Positions 28,841-39,793 of a DNA stretch of 64,000 nucleotides are shown here, in pieces. Position 1 is the stretch's first letter; each line of letters opens with the position of its first letter. The position numbers and the translations under genes were made by a program. Origin of the DNA: Lachnospiraceae bacterium (GTDB lineage Bacteria; Bacillota; Clostridia; Lachnospirales; Lachnospiraceae); the NCBI GenBank assembly GCA_028721415.1, contig JAQYIU010000039.1:29729-93728 (forward strand). Reading direction: 5' to 3'. Under the pieces are notes generated by a model. It saw nothing but the letters and a program-made list of their open reading frames with translations. It made no database searches and was not told the DNA's origin.

Positions 28841-29884
28841 ATGGCAGATAACAAAATGAAAGCAATTATTTTAGCGGTGCTGGCAGCGGCCTTTTATGCT
28901 TTAAATGTACCATTTTCAAAGGAATTGATGCAGAAAGTGCAACCGACTTGTATGGCATCCTTTTTATATTTTGGAGCAGGTGTCGGGGTAGGGATTATGT
29001 ATTTGTTTCATTGGAAAAAGGAAAAGAAAGAAGAGAGGCTGACCAGAGAGAATCTGCCTTATACCCTTGGCATGGTAGTACTTGATATCATGGCTCCTAT
29101 TTTTTTGATGGTTGGAGTCAGCATTGGTTCTTCCGCCAATGCCTCATTACTGGGTAATTTTGAAATTGTTGCAACAACATTGATTGCGTTGGTGATTTTT
29201 AAGGAAAAAGTATCAGGCAAACTGTGGATTGCCATTCTTTTTATCACGATTTCCAGCATCATTTTGTCCTTTGAAGGCAGTAGAAGTTTTCAATTTTCCC
29301 TTGGTTCTCTGATGGTTCTGCTTGCAACAGCATGCTGGGGCCTGGAAAATAACTGTACCAGAAAAATATCGGAAAAAAGTACCTACCAGATCGTTACGAT
29401 CAAGGGATTATGCTGTGGTATGGGATCTTTTGTGGTGGCAAAAATTGTCGGCGAATCCCTGCCGGAGATAAAATATGTTCTTCTGGCCATGCTTCTTGGA
29501 TTTGTTGCTTATGGACTAAGTATCTTTCTTTATATTCGTGCTCAGAGGGATCTGGGGGCAGCGAAAACCAGTGCCTATTACGCAGTGGCACCATTTATCG
29601 GTACTTTTCTTGCCTTTGTGATAAACGGAGAAGAATTGACTTTGGTCTATTTGTTCGGATTACTCTTTATGATTGTGGGAACGATTTTTGTTGTGGCGGA
29701 TACTCTGGTGAAAAATCACAGACATTTACATACCCATCTCATTACCCATACTCACGATGGAACCACTCACACTCATACAATCACCCATGAGCACAGCCAC
29801 AATCATCTGGGACACGCAGAGGAACATACCCATCATCATAGTGAGAAAGAGTTGTTAAGAGAACTGCATTCGGCGCATATATAA
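28841..29884 (+). CDS. DMT/EamA-family transporter with His-rich C-terminal tail
   Basis: About 10 TM helices, SLLGNFEIVAT, WGLENN, LGAAKTSAYYAVAPF; 19 His in the last 55 aa. Confidence 0.9.
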   Translation: MADNKMKAIILAVLAAAFYALNVPFSKELMQKVQPTCMASFLYFGAGVGVGIMYLFHWKKEKKEERLTRENLPYTLGMVVLDIMAPIFLMVGVSIGSSANASLLGNFEIVATTLIALVIFKEKVSGKLWIAILFITISSIILSFEGSRSFQFSLGSLMVLLATACWGLENNCTRKISEKSTYQIVTIKGLCCGMGSFVVAKIVGESLPEIKYVLLAMLLGFVAYGLSIFLYIRAQRDLGAAKTSAYYAVAPFIGTFLAFVINGEELTLVYLFGLLFMIVGTIFVVADTLVKNHRHLHTHLITHTHDGTTHTHTITHEHSHNHLGHAEEHTHHHSEKELLRELHSAHI

Positions 29885-30062
29885 AAAGAAAAGGAAGAGA
29901 ACGAAAAATTCACTTCCTTACGCTATTACAATACCACAAATTTACAAAAAAATAAAGACTGTTTCTTTCCTTAATAAAGTGATAGAATGAACTACTATTT
30001 CAGATAATAGGATCTTATCAGTTATAAGTAGTGACAGGTTGCTTTTTCTAAGGGGGAAGAAA

Positions 30063-30140
30063 ATGGAGAATAATTGGCTTGATTTATTACAGAATACAAA
30101 TCAATTGATAAAGGTAATAATTCAATCGCAAATTACGTAA
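30063..30140 (+). pseudogene. Short ORF with strong RBS, probable 5' remnant of a deleted gene
   Basis: AAGGGGGA RBS then MENNWLDLLQNTNQLIKVIIQSQIT*. Confidence 0.35.
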
Positions 30141-30202
30141 GAAATATGGTATTATGATACACAATATTTTACTAAATAAAAGTGAGCAGGAGATAATATA
30201 CG

Positions 30203-31159
30203 ATGAAAATTACAAAAGTTGCAGTCCTTGGAGCAGGAGCCGTTGGTTCCTATATCATCTGGGGACTTTCTAAACGTACAGATATAAAATTAGGAGTCAT
30301 TGCAGAAGGTGATAGGGCAGAACGTCTTCGAAAAGGCTGCCTGATTAATGATGTTACCTATCATCCGGAAATATGGACACCGGAAGAAGCAAAAGGGGCA
30401 GATCTTTTAATCGTGTCGTTAAAATATGGGGCATTGCCGGGTGCACTGGACAGTATTTACACAGCGACAGAAGATAATACCATCGTCATGAGTTTAATGA
30501 ATGGAATTGACAGTGAGGAGATGATTACTGAGCGAATCGGGGCTTCTCATATGTTATATTCGTTAATTAAGATTGCTTCTCGTGGAGAAAAAAATGGATA
30601 TTACTTTAATCCGGAAACGACTCTGGGAATTGTTTTCGGAGAACTTTCTGCGCCATATGAGAGTGAGCGAGTGCAGGCTGTGGAGGAACTTTTTGCGAAT
30701 ACAGGACTTCACTATCGTACCACAGAGCATATCAGAGAGGAAATGTGGAGTAAGTTCCGGCTGAACGTTTGTAATAATCTGCCTCAGGCGATTCTTGGTG
30801 CGGGAGTTGGCTGTTATCAAGACAGTGTTCATATGAAAGCTATCAGTGAGGGCCTGAGAAAAGAACTGGAAGCGGTTGCCAGGGCAAAAGGAGTTGATAT
30901 GAGTAAGATCGAAGCATCCTCCAGCCGCGGAAGTGCCGTTCCCGCATCAGCAAGGTATTCCACACTTCAGGATCTGGATGCAGGTCGTCATACAGAAATC
31001 GATATGTTTTCCGGTGCTTTGATACGTATGGGGAAGGAATTGGGAATACCGGTACCATATAATGAATATACTTACCATATGATAAAGGCCTTGGAAGAGA
31101 AAAATGATGGGAAATTCGATTACAGCGGAGAAAAGGAAAAAACCACCTGGGCAAGATGA
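30203..31159 (+). CDS. panE: Ketopantoate reductase (PanE/ApbA family)
   Basis: VAVLGAGAVG, SLMNG, WSKF..N, STLQDLDAGRHTEID. Confidence 0.88.
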   Translation: MKITKVAVLGAGAVGSYIIWGLSKRTDIKLGVIAEGDRAERLRKGCLINDVTYHPEIWTPEEAKGADLLIVSLKYGALPGALDSIYTATEDNTIVMSLMNGIDSEEMITERIGASHMLYSLIKIASRGEKNGYYFNPETTLGIVFGELSAPYESERVQAVEELFANTGLHYRTTEHIREEMWSKFRLNVCNNLPQAILGAGVGCYQDSVHMKAISEGLRKELEAVARAKGVDMSKIEASSSRGSAVPASARYSTLQDLDAGRHTEIDMFSGALIRMGKELGIPVPYNEYTYHMIKALEEKNDGKFDYSGEKEKTTWAR

Positions 31160-31222
31160 CAGTTCATCGTGTTGAGAATTCCATACATAACTTTGTAAAA
31201 AGGAGAATTAACTAAAAAGTCC

Positions 31223-31251
31223 TTGAAAAGTCCCCTTTTACAAGGTAGAAT
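31223..31251 (+). promoter_or_regulatory. SigA promoter of glyQS (short leader)
   Basis: TTGAAA-N17-TAGAAT, 38 nt before ATG 31290. Confidence 0.65.
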
Positions 31252-31289
31252 AGAAAACGATTATATTAACGAAAAAAGAGGTGCAAATC

Positions 31290-32678
31290 ATGGAAAAAAC
31301 AATGGATAAGATTATCGCATTAGCAAAAGCACGTGGCTTTGTGTACCAGGGATCCGAGATCTACGGCGGTCTGGCCAATACCTGGGATTACGGTAATCTT
31401 GGTGTTGAATTAAAGAATAACGTAAAAAAAGCATGGTGGAAGAAATTCATTCAGGAAAGCCCATACAACGTTGGTGTGGACTGTGCCATCCTGATGAACC
31501 CACAGACATGGGTAGCATCCGGACATCTGGGTGGATTCTCTGATCCCCTTATGGATTGTAAAGAATGTAAAGAGAGATTCCGTGCTGACCAGCTGATTGA
31601 AGATTATGCAAAAGAAAATGGAATAACACTGGAATCCTCTATCGACGGATGGTCTCAAGAAGAGATGAAGGCATTCATCGATGAACATAATGTGCCATGT
31701 CCAAGCTGTGGAAAACACAACTTTACTGATATCCGTCAGTTCAACCTGATGTTTAAGACTTTCCAGGGCGTAACAGAAGATGCAAAGAATACCGTATATC
31801 TTCGTCCGGAAACAGCACAGGGTATCTTTGTCAACTTTAAGAATGTACAGAGAACTTCCAGAAAGAAAGTGCCTTTTGGTATTGGTCAGATCGGTAAATC
31901 CTTCCGTAACGAGATCACACCAGGTAACTTTACTTTCCGTACCAGAGAGTTCGAGCAGATGGAACTGGAATTCTTCTGTAAACCTGACACAGACCTTGAG
32001 TGGTTTGCTTACTGGAAAGATTACTGTGTAAACTGGTTAAAGGATCTTGGAATCAAGGATGATGAGATGAGAATCCGTGACCATGATAAAGAAGAATTAT
32101 CCTTCTATTCTAAAGCTACTTCCGATATCGAGTTCCTCTTCCCATTTGGATGGGGTGAATTATGGGGTATCGCAGACCGTACTGATTATGACCTTTCCCG
32201 TCATCAGGAAGTTTCTAATGTAGATATGTCCTACTTTGATGACGAAGAAAAGAGAAAATATATCCCATATGTTATCGAGCCATCCCTGGGTGCAGACCGT
32301 GTGACTCTTGCATTCTTATGTGCTGCATATGATGAAGAAGAAATCAAAGAAGGAGATGTAAGAACTGTGATGCACTTCCATCCGGCATTAGCTCCGGTGA
32401 AGATTGGTGTGCTTCCTCTTTCAAAAAAATTAAATGAAGGTGCTGAGAAGATTTATCAGGAATTATGCAAAACCTACAACTGCGAGTTCGATGACAGAGG
32501 TAATATCGGTAAGAGATACCGCCGTCAGGATGAGATTGGTACCCCTTATTGTATTACTTATGATTTTGATTCCGAAGAAGACGGTGCAGTAACCGTTCGT
32601 GACCGTGACACCATGGAACAGGAGAGAATCAAGATCGAAGATCTGAAAGCATACTTTGAGGAAAAATTCAACTATTAG
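31290..32678 (+). CDS. glyQS: Glycine-tRNA ligase, alpha2 type
   Basis: [51 protein letters not shown]. Confidence 0.97.
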   Translation: MEKTMDKIIALAKARGFVYQGSEIYGGLANTWDYGNLGVELKNNVKKAWWKKFIQESPYNVGVDCAILMNPQTWVASGHLGGFSDPLMDCKECKERFRADQLIEDYAKENGITLESSIDGWSQEEMKAFIDEHNVPCPSCGKHNFTDIRQFNLMFKTFQGVTEDAKNTVYLRPETAQGIFVNFKNVQRTSRKKVPFGIGQIGKSFRNEITPGNFTFRTREFEQMELEFFCKPDTDLEWFAYWKDYCVNWLKDLGIKDDEMRIRDHDKEELSFYSKATSDIEFLFPFGWGELWGIADRTDYDLSRHQEVSNVDMSYFDDEEKRKYIPYVIEPSLGADRVTLAFLCAAYDEEEIKEGDVRTVMHFHPALAPVKIGVLPLSKKLNEGAEKIYQELCKTYNCEFDDRGNIGKRYRRQDEIGTPYCITYDFDSEEDGAVTVRDRDTMEQERIKIEDLKAYFEEKFNY

Positions 32679-32839
32679 GAGTTGAATATTGTTGCTTAAT
32701 AAAATAAAGTTTAAAATTAATTTGATTTATTATATTAAGTGAAAGAAAACTGTTGTTATATAAAATGTCGCAATCTACTTTATTTAACCAAGTGGATTTC
32801 GGCAAAACTCATGAAACTTAAAAAATGAACAAAAAACAC

Positions 32840-32868
32840 TTGATTTTTTTAATAAATAGTTGTATTTT
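32840..32868 (+). promoter_or_regulatory. SigA promoter of glnA
   Basis: TTGATT-N17-TATTTT with extended TG. Confidence 0.5.
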
Positions 32869-32910
32869 ATATCTAGCAATTGCGACAACATATTTTAAGT
32901 ATTAAGTGAG

Positions 32911-32953
32911 AACAAAGGCGTTCGCGAATCAATAGATTCTCGGGCGCCTTTTC
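32911..32953 (+). promoter_or_regulatory. Leader terminator overlapped by an ANTAR-type hairpin upstream of glnA
   Basis: AAC-AAAGGC-GTT (hexaloop with A1, G4) overlaps the 5' arm of hairpin AAAGGCGTTCG.GAATC/GATTC.CGGGCGCCTTT. Confidence 0.65.
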
Positions 32954-33017
32954 TAATATCATAGATAATCTTTTTAATATGATATGTTAAGAAAGTAAAT
33001 GAAAGGATGTTACGGTT

Positions 33018-35126
33018 ATGAAAACGAATGTCAAAGAAATATTTGGAATGAACGTATTCAACGACGCAGTTATGAAGGAAAGACTTCCAAAAGCTGCATA
33101 TAAAAAGATGAAAGCGACCATCAATTCCGGCGAAGAACTGGATCCTGGCGTTGCAGATATCGTCGCTCATGAGATGAAAGAATGGGCCATTGAAAAAGGT
33201 GCTACTCATTTCACACACTGGTTCCAGCCACTGACAGGTATCACTGCTGAGAAACATGATGCATTTATCGATCCGCAGAGTGACGGAACAACATTACTTC
33301 GTTTCTCAGGAAAAGAGTTAATCAAAGGTGAACCGGATGCTTCCTCTTTCCCTTCCGGTGGTCTTCGTGCAACATTTGAAGCAAGAGGATATACAGCATG
33401 GGATTGTACATCACCTGCCTTCATCAAAGAAACTCCTCATTCAACAATCCTTTGTATTCCAACAGCATTCTGTTCTTATAAAGGAGAGGCTCTTGATAAA
33501 AAGACTCCATTGCTTCGTTCCATGCAGGCACTGGATGTTCAGGCAATCAGAATCTTAAGATTATTTGGTAATACAACAGCAAAACATGTATCTACATCCG
33601 TAGGACCGGAACAGGAATACTTCTTAGTAGATAAAGAAAAATTCTTAAAGAGAAAAGACTTAATCTTTACAGGAAGAACCTTATTTGGCGCTATGCCTCC
33701 AAAAGGACAGGAGATGGACGATCATTATTTCGGAACCATTCCGGAAAGAATCCTTTCCTTCATGGAAGTGTTCAATCAGGAACTGTGGAAACTGGGTATT
33801 TCCGCAAAAACACAGCATAATGAAGTTGCTCCAGCACAGCATGAGATCGCACCAATCTACGATCAGAACAATATTGCAACTGATCACAACCAGCTGGTTA
33901 TGGAAACTGCACAGCGTGTAGCAGACGATATGGGATTAAAATGCTTACTTCATGAAAAACCTTTTGCAGGAATCAATGGTTCCGGTAAACATAACAACTG
34001 GTCCATGTGTACAGATGAAGGTGAGAACCTCTTAGATCCAGGCAGAACACCTCACCAGAACATGCAGTTCTTATTATTCCTTGCAGCAGTAATCCGTGCT
34101 GTAGATGAACATGCAGATTTACTTCGTCTGTCTGCATCCACACCAGGTAACGATCACCGTCTTGGAGCAAACGAAGCACCTCCTGCAATCATCTCCATCT
34201 TCCTTGGAGAACAATTAAATGACGTAGTAGAACAGTTTGTAGATGCCGGCGAAGCAACAAGCTCCTTAGAAGGAGAAGAATATGTATCCGGTGTACATTC
34301 TCTTCCACACTTTAAGAAAGATGCAACAGACCGTAACAGAACATCACCATTTGCTTTCACAGGTAATAAATTTGAATTCCGTATGGTTGGTTCTACTCAG
34401 TCTATCGCAGACCCTAATACAATCTTAAATACTATCGTTGCCGAAGTATTATGTGATATGGCAGATAAACTGGAAGCAGCAGATAACTTTGAGATGGGTG
34501 TTCACGATATGATTAAAGAGACTATCAGTGATCATCAGAGAGTAATCTTCAACGGTAATGGTTACTCTGATGAATGGGTAGCTGAAGCAGAAAAACGTGG
34601 ACTTCCAAACATCAAATGTATGGTAGATGCAGTTCCTGCGCTTACAAAACCAGATGCAATTGAAATCTTCGAGAAACATGGTGTATTCACAGCAGCAGAG
34701 TTAGAGTCCCGTGCAGAAGTATTATATGAAAACTACTCAAAGACAATCAATATCGAGGCTCTGACAATGATTGATATGGCGAAAAAACAGATTATCCCGG
34801 CTTGTATTAAATATCAGACCAGCCTTGCTGAATCTGTAAACTCCATCAAAGCAGCAAATCCTGCAGTAGATACATCCGTACAGGCTTCTCTCATGGCAGA
34901 AATTTCCGAAAACCTGAAAGCAATGTATGAAGCTCTCGCAGAATTAGAAGAAGTTACATCCACTGCAGAAAACATGGAAGAAGGAGCAGATCAGGGTCAC
35001 TACTACCATGACGTAGTATTTGCAGCAATGGATGCTTTAAGAGCACCAGCAGACAAACTCGAAATGTTAGTATCCAAAGAAGCATGGCCATTCCCAAGCT
35101 ATGGAGACTTAATCTTCGAAGTATAA
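33018..35126 (+). CDS. glnA: Glutamine synthetase type III
   Basis: [57 protein letters not shown]. Confidence 0.96.
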   Translation: MKTNVKEIFGMNVFNDAVMKERLPKAAYKKMKATINSGEELDPGVADIVAHEMKEWAIEKGATHFTHWFQPLTGITAEKHDAFIDPQSDGTTLLRFSGKELIKGEPDASSFPSGGLRATFEARGYTAWDCTSPAFIKETPHSTILCIPTAFCSYKGEALDKKTPLLRSMQALDVQAIRILRLFGNTTAKHVSTSVGPEQEYFLVDKEKFLKRKDLIFTGRTLFGAMPPKGQEMDDHYFGTIPERILSFMEVFNQELWKLGISAKTQHNEVAPAQHEIAPIYDQNNIATDHNQLVMETAQRVADDMGLKCLLHEKPFAGINGSGKHNNWSMCTDEGENLLDPGRTPHQNMQFLLFLAAVIRAVDEHADLLRLSASTPGNDHRLGANEAPPAIISIFLGEQLNDVVEQFVDAGEATSSLEGEEYVSGVHSLPHFKKDATDRNRTSPFAFTGNKFEFRMVGSTQSIADPNTILNTIVAEVLCDMADKLEAADNFEMGVHDMIKETISDHQRVIFNGNGYSDEWVAEAEKRGLPNIKCMVDAVPALTKPDAIEIFEKHGVFTAAELESRAEVLYENYSKTINIEALTMIDMAKKQIIPACIKYQTSLAESVNSIKAANPAVDTSVQASLMAEISENLKAMYEALAELEEVTSTAENMEEGADQGHYYHDVVFAAMDALRAPADKLEMLVSKEAWPFPSYGDLIFEV

Positions 35127-35167
35127 TTACTCATAAATCCTATATGTGTATAAAACATCACAAAAAA

Positions 35168-35428
35168 GGGGCTGTCAAATTAAATGAAGCGCAGCCGCTG
35201 ACACAACGATAAAGGAAACTGTTCCTTTACATTTGTATGACCGTGCGCGTACTTCGGTCTGAAAAGTCTTCTGATTCCGGACACTTTCATGTCCGTTTCA
35301 GAAAAGACTTTTCTCTCTCTTGTTCGCTGCAATGTCATAGCGCCATGTAAAGGAACGGTTTCCTTTTTCATTATATTAATCAAGCTGCGCATTTCTAATT
35401 CGTATTTTTCTTGTCTTTTGTACAGACC
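35168..35428. repeat. Structured dispersed repeat, copy 2 (inverted relative to copy 1)
   Basis: Reverse-complement homologue of 10570-10817; ends GGGGCTGTC...TACAGACC. Confidence 0.9.
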
Positions 35429-35555
35429 GATTCGCAATTCCTTGATTTAAAACCGTATTATAATTGTTTTTTGTACGAATTGATATACGATTTCCTATTT
35501 AGAATCCGTATATCCTCTTACATAAACGAAATATTATGCCAGTCGCACAATAAAT

Positions 35556-35584
35556 TTGACAAAAACACAGTAGTTCGCTATATT
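35556..35584 (+). promoter_or_regulatory. SigA promoter of the fol operon
   Basis: TTGACA-N17-TATATT. Confidence 0.65.
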
Positions 35585-35621
35585 AAAGGATGTTTTGATA
35601 TAAAAAAGATTTGGAGCAAAG

Positions 35622-36896
35622 ATGAAATACCATTATTATGAAATCATAGAAAAGTTAAAAAAAAGAGGAAGCATTCCTGGACTGGAATCGATTAGAAGGC
35701 TCTTAGATGAACTGAATCATCCGGAAGATAAACTCAGAATCGTTCATATTGCAGGAACCAACGGAAAAGGCTCCGTTTTTGCGTTTCTATCTTCAATTTT
35801 ACAGGAAGGCGGATATCGGGTAGGAAGATATATTTCTCCTACTATTCAATGCTATGAAGAACGGTTTCAGATTGACGGGAATTTTATTGAGAAAGAAAAA
35901 CTGGAAAGATATTTTATGACAGTAGAGGATGCCTCGAATCGTGTAGAAGATCAATATGGCGTTAAGCCAACCCTCTTTGAAGTAGAGACAGCAATTTCAT
36001 TTCTGTATTTTGCCGAAGAGAATGTAGATTTTGCTTTGGTAGAAACGGGGATGGGTGGGACGCTCGATGCCACAAATATCATCGCACATCCGATTCTCAC
36101 TGTAATTTCTTCAATCAGTTATGATCATAAAGGGATATTGGGCGATACACTGGAAGAAATCGCCGCTCAGAAAGCGGGTATTATTAAAGAAAGAATTCCG
36201 GTGATTGTATCAGAAAATCCGCAAAATGTTCGAGCAATAATCAAAGAGAGAGCAGAGGAATGTAAGAGCCCGGTTTCTTTTGTACAAAATGAAGACTACA
36301 TTATAATAGAAGAAAGGGAACAGGGAAGTACTTTTCAGTGGAAAAATCAGAAATTTTCCATCAAGCTTCCGGGAAAACATCAGATTTCCAATGCAGTGAC
36401 CGCTTTGGAGGCAGCAAGGCAGCTACGTGAACTATGGGATCCTCATCATAGCATTAACGAAAAAAACATGATTACTGGATTGAAAAATACCCGTTGGCCG
36501 GGCAGGCTGGAAATTTTTCGTGAAAGTCCCCTGTTTTACCGGGATGGTGCTCACAATCCCGATGCTGCTGGTAAACTGAGAGAGTTTTTGGAAAAACATT
36601 TTACAAATAAGAAAATCATTTATATAATGGGAGTATTGAGGGATAAAGAGTATAAGAAAATGCTGCAGGTTCTCATACCGCTGGCTGACAGTATTTATGT
36701 ATTTCGCCCTGAAAATGAAAGAGGGCTTGAGGCAGAAGTACTTGCAGGAGCTGTGCAGGAATTTGGAAAAAATGCAGTGGTTTGTAATAATGTGAATCAG
36801 GCAGTGAGAGAAGCGTTGACAGAAGCCCGCGAAGAGGATGTGATCGTTGCCTGGGGTTCTTTATCTTTTATGGAAGACATGGAGGTTGCAAGATGA
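35622..36896 (+). CDS. folC: Dihydrofolate synthase / folylpolyglutamate synthase
   Basis: HIAGTNGKGS, ETGMGG.LDATN, WPGRLE, DGAHN. Confidence 0.96.
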   Translation: MKYHYYEIIEKLKKRGSIPGLESIRRLLDELNHPEDKLRIVHIAGTNGKGSVFAFLSSILQEGGYRVGRYISPTIQCYEERFQIDGNFIEKEKLERYFMTVEDASNRVEDQYGVKPTLFEVETAISFLYFAEENVDFALVETGMGGTLDATNIIAHPILTVISSISYDHKGILGDTLEEIAAQKAGIIKERIPVIVSENPQNVRAIIKERAEECKSPVSFVQNEDYIIIEEREQGSTFQWKNQKFSIKLPGKHQISNAVTALEAARQLRELWDPHHSINEKNMITGLKNTRWPGRLEIFRESPLFYRDGAHNPDAAGKLREFLEKHFTNKKIIYIMGVLRDKEYKKMLQVLIPLADSIYVFRPENERGLEAEVLAGAVQEFGKNAVVCNNVNQAVREALTEAREEDVIVAWGSLSFMEDMEVAR

Positions 36897-37702
36897 AAAT
36901 AGGCAATCATTTATTTGATTTGGAAACAAAAAGTTATATTATGGGAATTTTAAATGTGACTCCCGATTCTTTTTCGGATGGCGGAAAATACCAATCTCTG
37001 GAACTTGCCGTTGCACAGGCAAGGCGCATGGTGGAAGAAGGCGCAACGATCATTGACATCGGTGGCGAATCCACCAGACCTGGTCATGAGAAGATTTCTG
37101 ACGAAGAAGAGATTCGTCGTGTAGTACCGGTTATTGAAGCAGTTAAAAAAGAGTTAGACGTGGCAATTTCACTGGATACCTATAAATATGCAGTGGCAGA
37201 AGCTGGAATTGCTGCCGGGGCAGATATGATTAATGATATCTGGGGATTAAAATGGGATGAGAGGCTGGCACCGCTTATTGCCAGAACAGGAGTGGCCTGT
37301 TGCCTGATGCATAACCGACAGAATGCCGAATACAATGACTTTTTACAGGGATTCCGGGAAGATATGGAAGAGACTGTTGCGATTGCAAAAAATGCTGGGA
37401 TTGCAGAGGATAAGATTATGCTTGATCCGGGGGTTGGTTTTGGAAAGACCTACGAACATAATCTGATTGTCATGAACCATCTGGAATTGATGAAAAAGTT
37501 CAATTATCCGTTCCTTCTTGGAACTTCCAGAAAGTCTATGATCGGAAATGCCCTTGATCTCCCGGTAGATCAGAGAGTGGAAGGCACTGTAGCGACCACT
37601 GTCATGGGAAGAATGAAAGGGGCTTCTGTATTCCGGGTACATGATGTAGAAGAAAATATACGTGCTCTGCAGATGACAGATGCCATTTTGGAAGTGGAAT
37701 AA
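36893..37702 (+). CDS. folP: Dihydropteroate synthase
   Basis: MGILNVTPDSFSDGG, GGESTRPG, DPGVGFGK, GTSRKS, RVHDV. Confidence 0.97.
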   Translation: MKIGNHLFDLETKSYIMGILNVTPDSFSDGGKYQSLELAVAQARRMVEEGATIIDIGGESTRPGHEKISDEEEIRRVVPVIEAVKKELDVAISLDTYKYAVAEAGIAAGADMINDIWGLKWDERLAPLIARTGVACCLMHNRQNAEYNDFLQGFREDMEETVAIAKNAGIAEDKIMLDPGVGFGKTYEHNLIVMNHLELMKKFNYPFLLGTSRKSMIGNALDLPVDQRVEGTVATTVMGRMKGASVFRVHDVEENIRALQMTDAILEVE

Positions 37703-37714
37703 CGAGGAGAGAAA

Positions 37715-38566
37715 ATGGATCAAATTATTGTTAAGAATCTGGAAGTATTCTGTCATCATGGAGTATATAAAGAAGAAAATGTTCTGGGACAGAAATTTCT
37801 GGTCAGTGCAGTATTGTACTTAAACACCCGAAAAGCGGGGCGTTCCGATGTGTTGACGGATTCCATCAGTTACGGTGATGTCTGCCGCATGATTATGGCA
37901 GAGATGAAGAAACAAAATGATAATCTTCTGGAACGTGTAGCGGAGAGACTGGCACAAAAAATCTTGCTGGACTTCTCCATGGTAGAAAAAGTTTCCATAG
38001 AAGTAAAGAAACCATGGGCTCCGGTCATGATGCATCTGGATTATGCCTCGGTGAAGATTGAGAGAAGCTGGCATAAAGCATACATCGGTGCAGGATCTAA
38101 TATGGGAGATCGGGCAGCATATTTAAAAATGGCCGAAGAGCAGTTGGAAAAGAACGAAGAGATACGTAATCTGAGAGCCGCAAAAGTCATTGAAACGGAA
38201 CCTTATGGCTACCTGGAGCAGGATCAATTTTTAAATACGGTTTATGAGATTGAGACTTTGTTGGAACCGGACGAGCTGCTGGAAGTGTTGCAGAATATCG
38301 AAAAGGAAGCCAAACGTACCAGAGAAATACACTGGGGCCCGAGAACCCTTGATTTGGATATCTTGTTATACGATCACTTTGTGACGGAAGAAGAAACACT
38401 TATTTTGCCACATCCCGAAATGCAGAAAAGATTATTTGTTCTGGAACCTCTCTGTGAACTGAATCCTTATGGGGTACATCCTTTATTGAAGATACGATTT
38501 TGCGATATGAGAGATGAACTGCGGGCAATGGAACAAAAAAATAGAAGAATGGAAATAAAAGGGTAG
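37715..38566 (+). CDS. folK: Fused dihydroneopterin aldolase / HPPK (FolB-FolK)
   Basis: N-terminal HGVYKEE..LGQKF, YGDV, KKP.AP; C-terminal GSNMGDR, FLN, WGPRTLDLDIL, LPHP. Confidence 0.93.
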   Translation: MDQIIVKNLEVFCHHGVYKEENVLGQKFLVSAVLYLNTRKAGRSDVLTDSISYGDVCRMIMAEMKKQNDNLLERVAERLAQKILLDFSMVEKVSIEVKKPWAPVMMHLDYASVKIERSWHKAYIGAGSNMGDRAAYLKMAEEQLEKNEEIRNLRAAKVIETEPYGYLEQDQFLNTVYEIETLLEPDELLEVLQNIEKEAKRTREIHWGPRTLDLDILLYDHFVTEEETLILPHPEMQKRLFVLEPLCELNPYGVHPLLKIRFCDMRDELRAMEQKNRRMEIKG

Positions 38567-38581
38567 AGGAACTGTTGAAGT

Positions 38582-39730
38582 ATGGAAAAGAAAACAAATG
38601 GTGTAGATGAAGCAAGAGATAAAATAAAAGAAGTCGATTATCAGATTGCGGAACTTTTTGAAAAACGAATGAAATATGCAGCGGAGCTGGCACAGGCCAA
38701 AAAAGAAGTGGGTGCACCAATTTATGATAAAAACCGTGAAGATGAAAAGATTGCAGATATTACGAAAAACCGCTCCAATCCTTTTGTGGTAAAGGGACTG
38801 GAAGAAATATTTATTCAGCTGTTATCCATCAGCCGAAAATATCAGTATCATCTGGTGCATCAAAGAGATCGTTATATCGAGAATTATTTTACAGAAGTGC
38901 CGGAGCTTGTTATGTTTCCGGATACCCGGGTCGTATATCCGGGGGTGCCGGGATCTTTCAGTGAGATGGCCTGTGAGAAGTTTTTTGGAAAAGAAACCGA
39001 TCATTATTCTGTTGTCAATTTCAAAGATGTTGCCCTGGCATTGAATAACGGAGATGCCGATTATGGTATTTTGCCGATTGAGAATTCAACTGCCGGAGAT
39101 GTGACGGGAGTGTATGACATTCTTCTGGAAAATGATGTGTGTATTGTAGGGGAAGAATTCGTAAAAGTAGATCATTGTCTCCTTGGATGTAAGGGGAGTA
39201 AAATAGAAGATATCAAGACCGTATTTTCTCATCCCCAGGGTCTGATGCAATGTGCTCCATATCTGGAAAAACTGGATGCGAAGCAGATCAGTGTGGAGAA
39301 TACTGCCATTGCAGCAGAAAGAGTAGCCAAAGAAGGATTGAAAGATCAGGCAGCCATCGCCAGCCGAAGGGCAGCAGAGATCTATGGTCTGGATATTCTG
39401 GAAGAGTCTGTGAATTTTGAGAAAAGTAATGTTACCCGCTTTGTTGTGATTTCCAAAAAACGTCAGTATACAGAAAATGCCAAGAAAGTCAGTATTTCCA
39501 TCACTCCTCTTCATGAGGATGAGAGTGGTTTGCTCTATAATATTTTGTCCCATTTCCTGTATAATAACCTGAACCTCTCCCATATTGAATCCGTCCCTCT
39601 TCCGGAAAAACCATGGGTGTATCGATTCTATATTGATATTGCCGGCAATCTCCATGATCCGGCGGTGAGAAATGCATTACAGGGAATTCGTGCAGAGGTA
39701 GCAGAATTTAAGATTTTAGGAAATTATTGA
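38582..39730 (+). CDS. pheA: Chorismate mutase / prephenate dehydratase
   Basis: AroQ-type N-terminal domain, LPIENST.G, SHPQGL.QC, NVTRF, ACT domain. Confidence 0.93.
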   Translation: MEKKTNGVDEARDKIKEVDYQIAELFEKRMKYAAELAQAKKEVGAPIYDKNREDEKIADITKNRSNPFVVKGLEEIFIQLLSISRKYQYHLVHQRDRYIENYFTEVPELVMFPDTRVVYPGVPGSFSEMACEKFFGKETDHYSVVNFKDVALALNNGDADYGILPIENSTAGDVTGVYDILLENDVCIVGEEFVKVDHCLLGCKGSKIEDIKTVFSHPQGLMQCAPYLEKLDAKQISVENTAIAAERVAKEGLKDQAAIASRRAAEIYGLDILEESVNFEKSNVTRFVVISKKRQYTENAKKVSISITPLHEDESGLLYNILSHFLYNNLNLSHIESVPLPEKPWVYRFYIDIAGNLHDPAVRNALQGIRAEVAEFKILGNY

Positions 39731-39793
39731 TAAGAATACTCATTCTTGGATAAGAATTGCAACAGTGACACTTGATGAAAAGGAAATGCATGT

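Noticed and set aside
35430-35621. THF riboswitch upstream of the fol operon
   Set aside because: The promoter sits about 37 nt from the start, leaving no room, and no consensus is visible.
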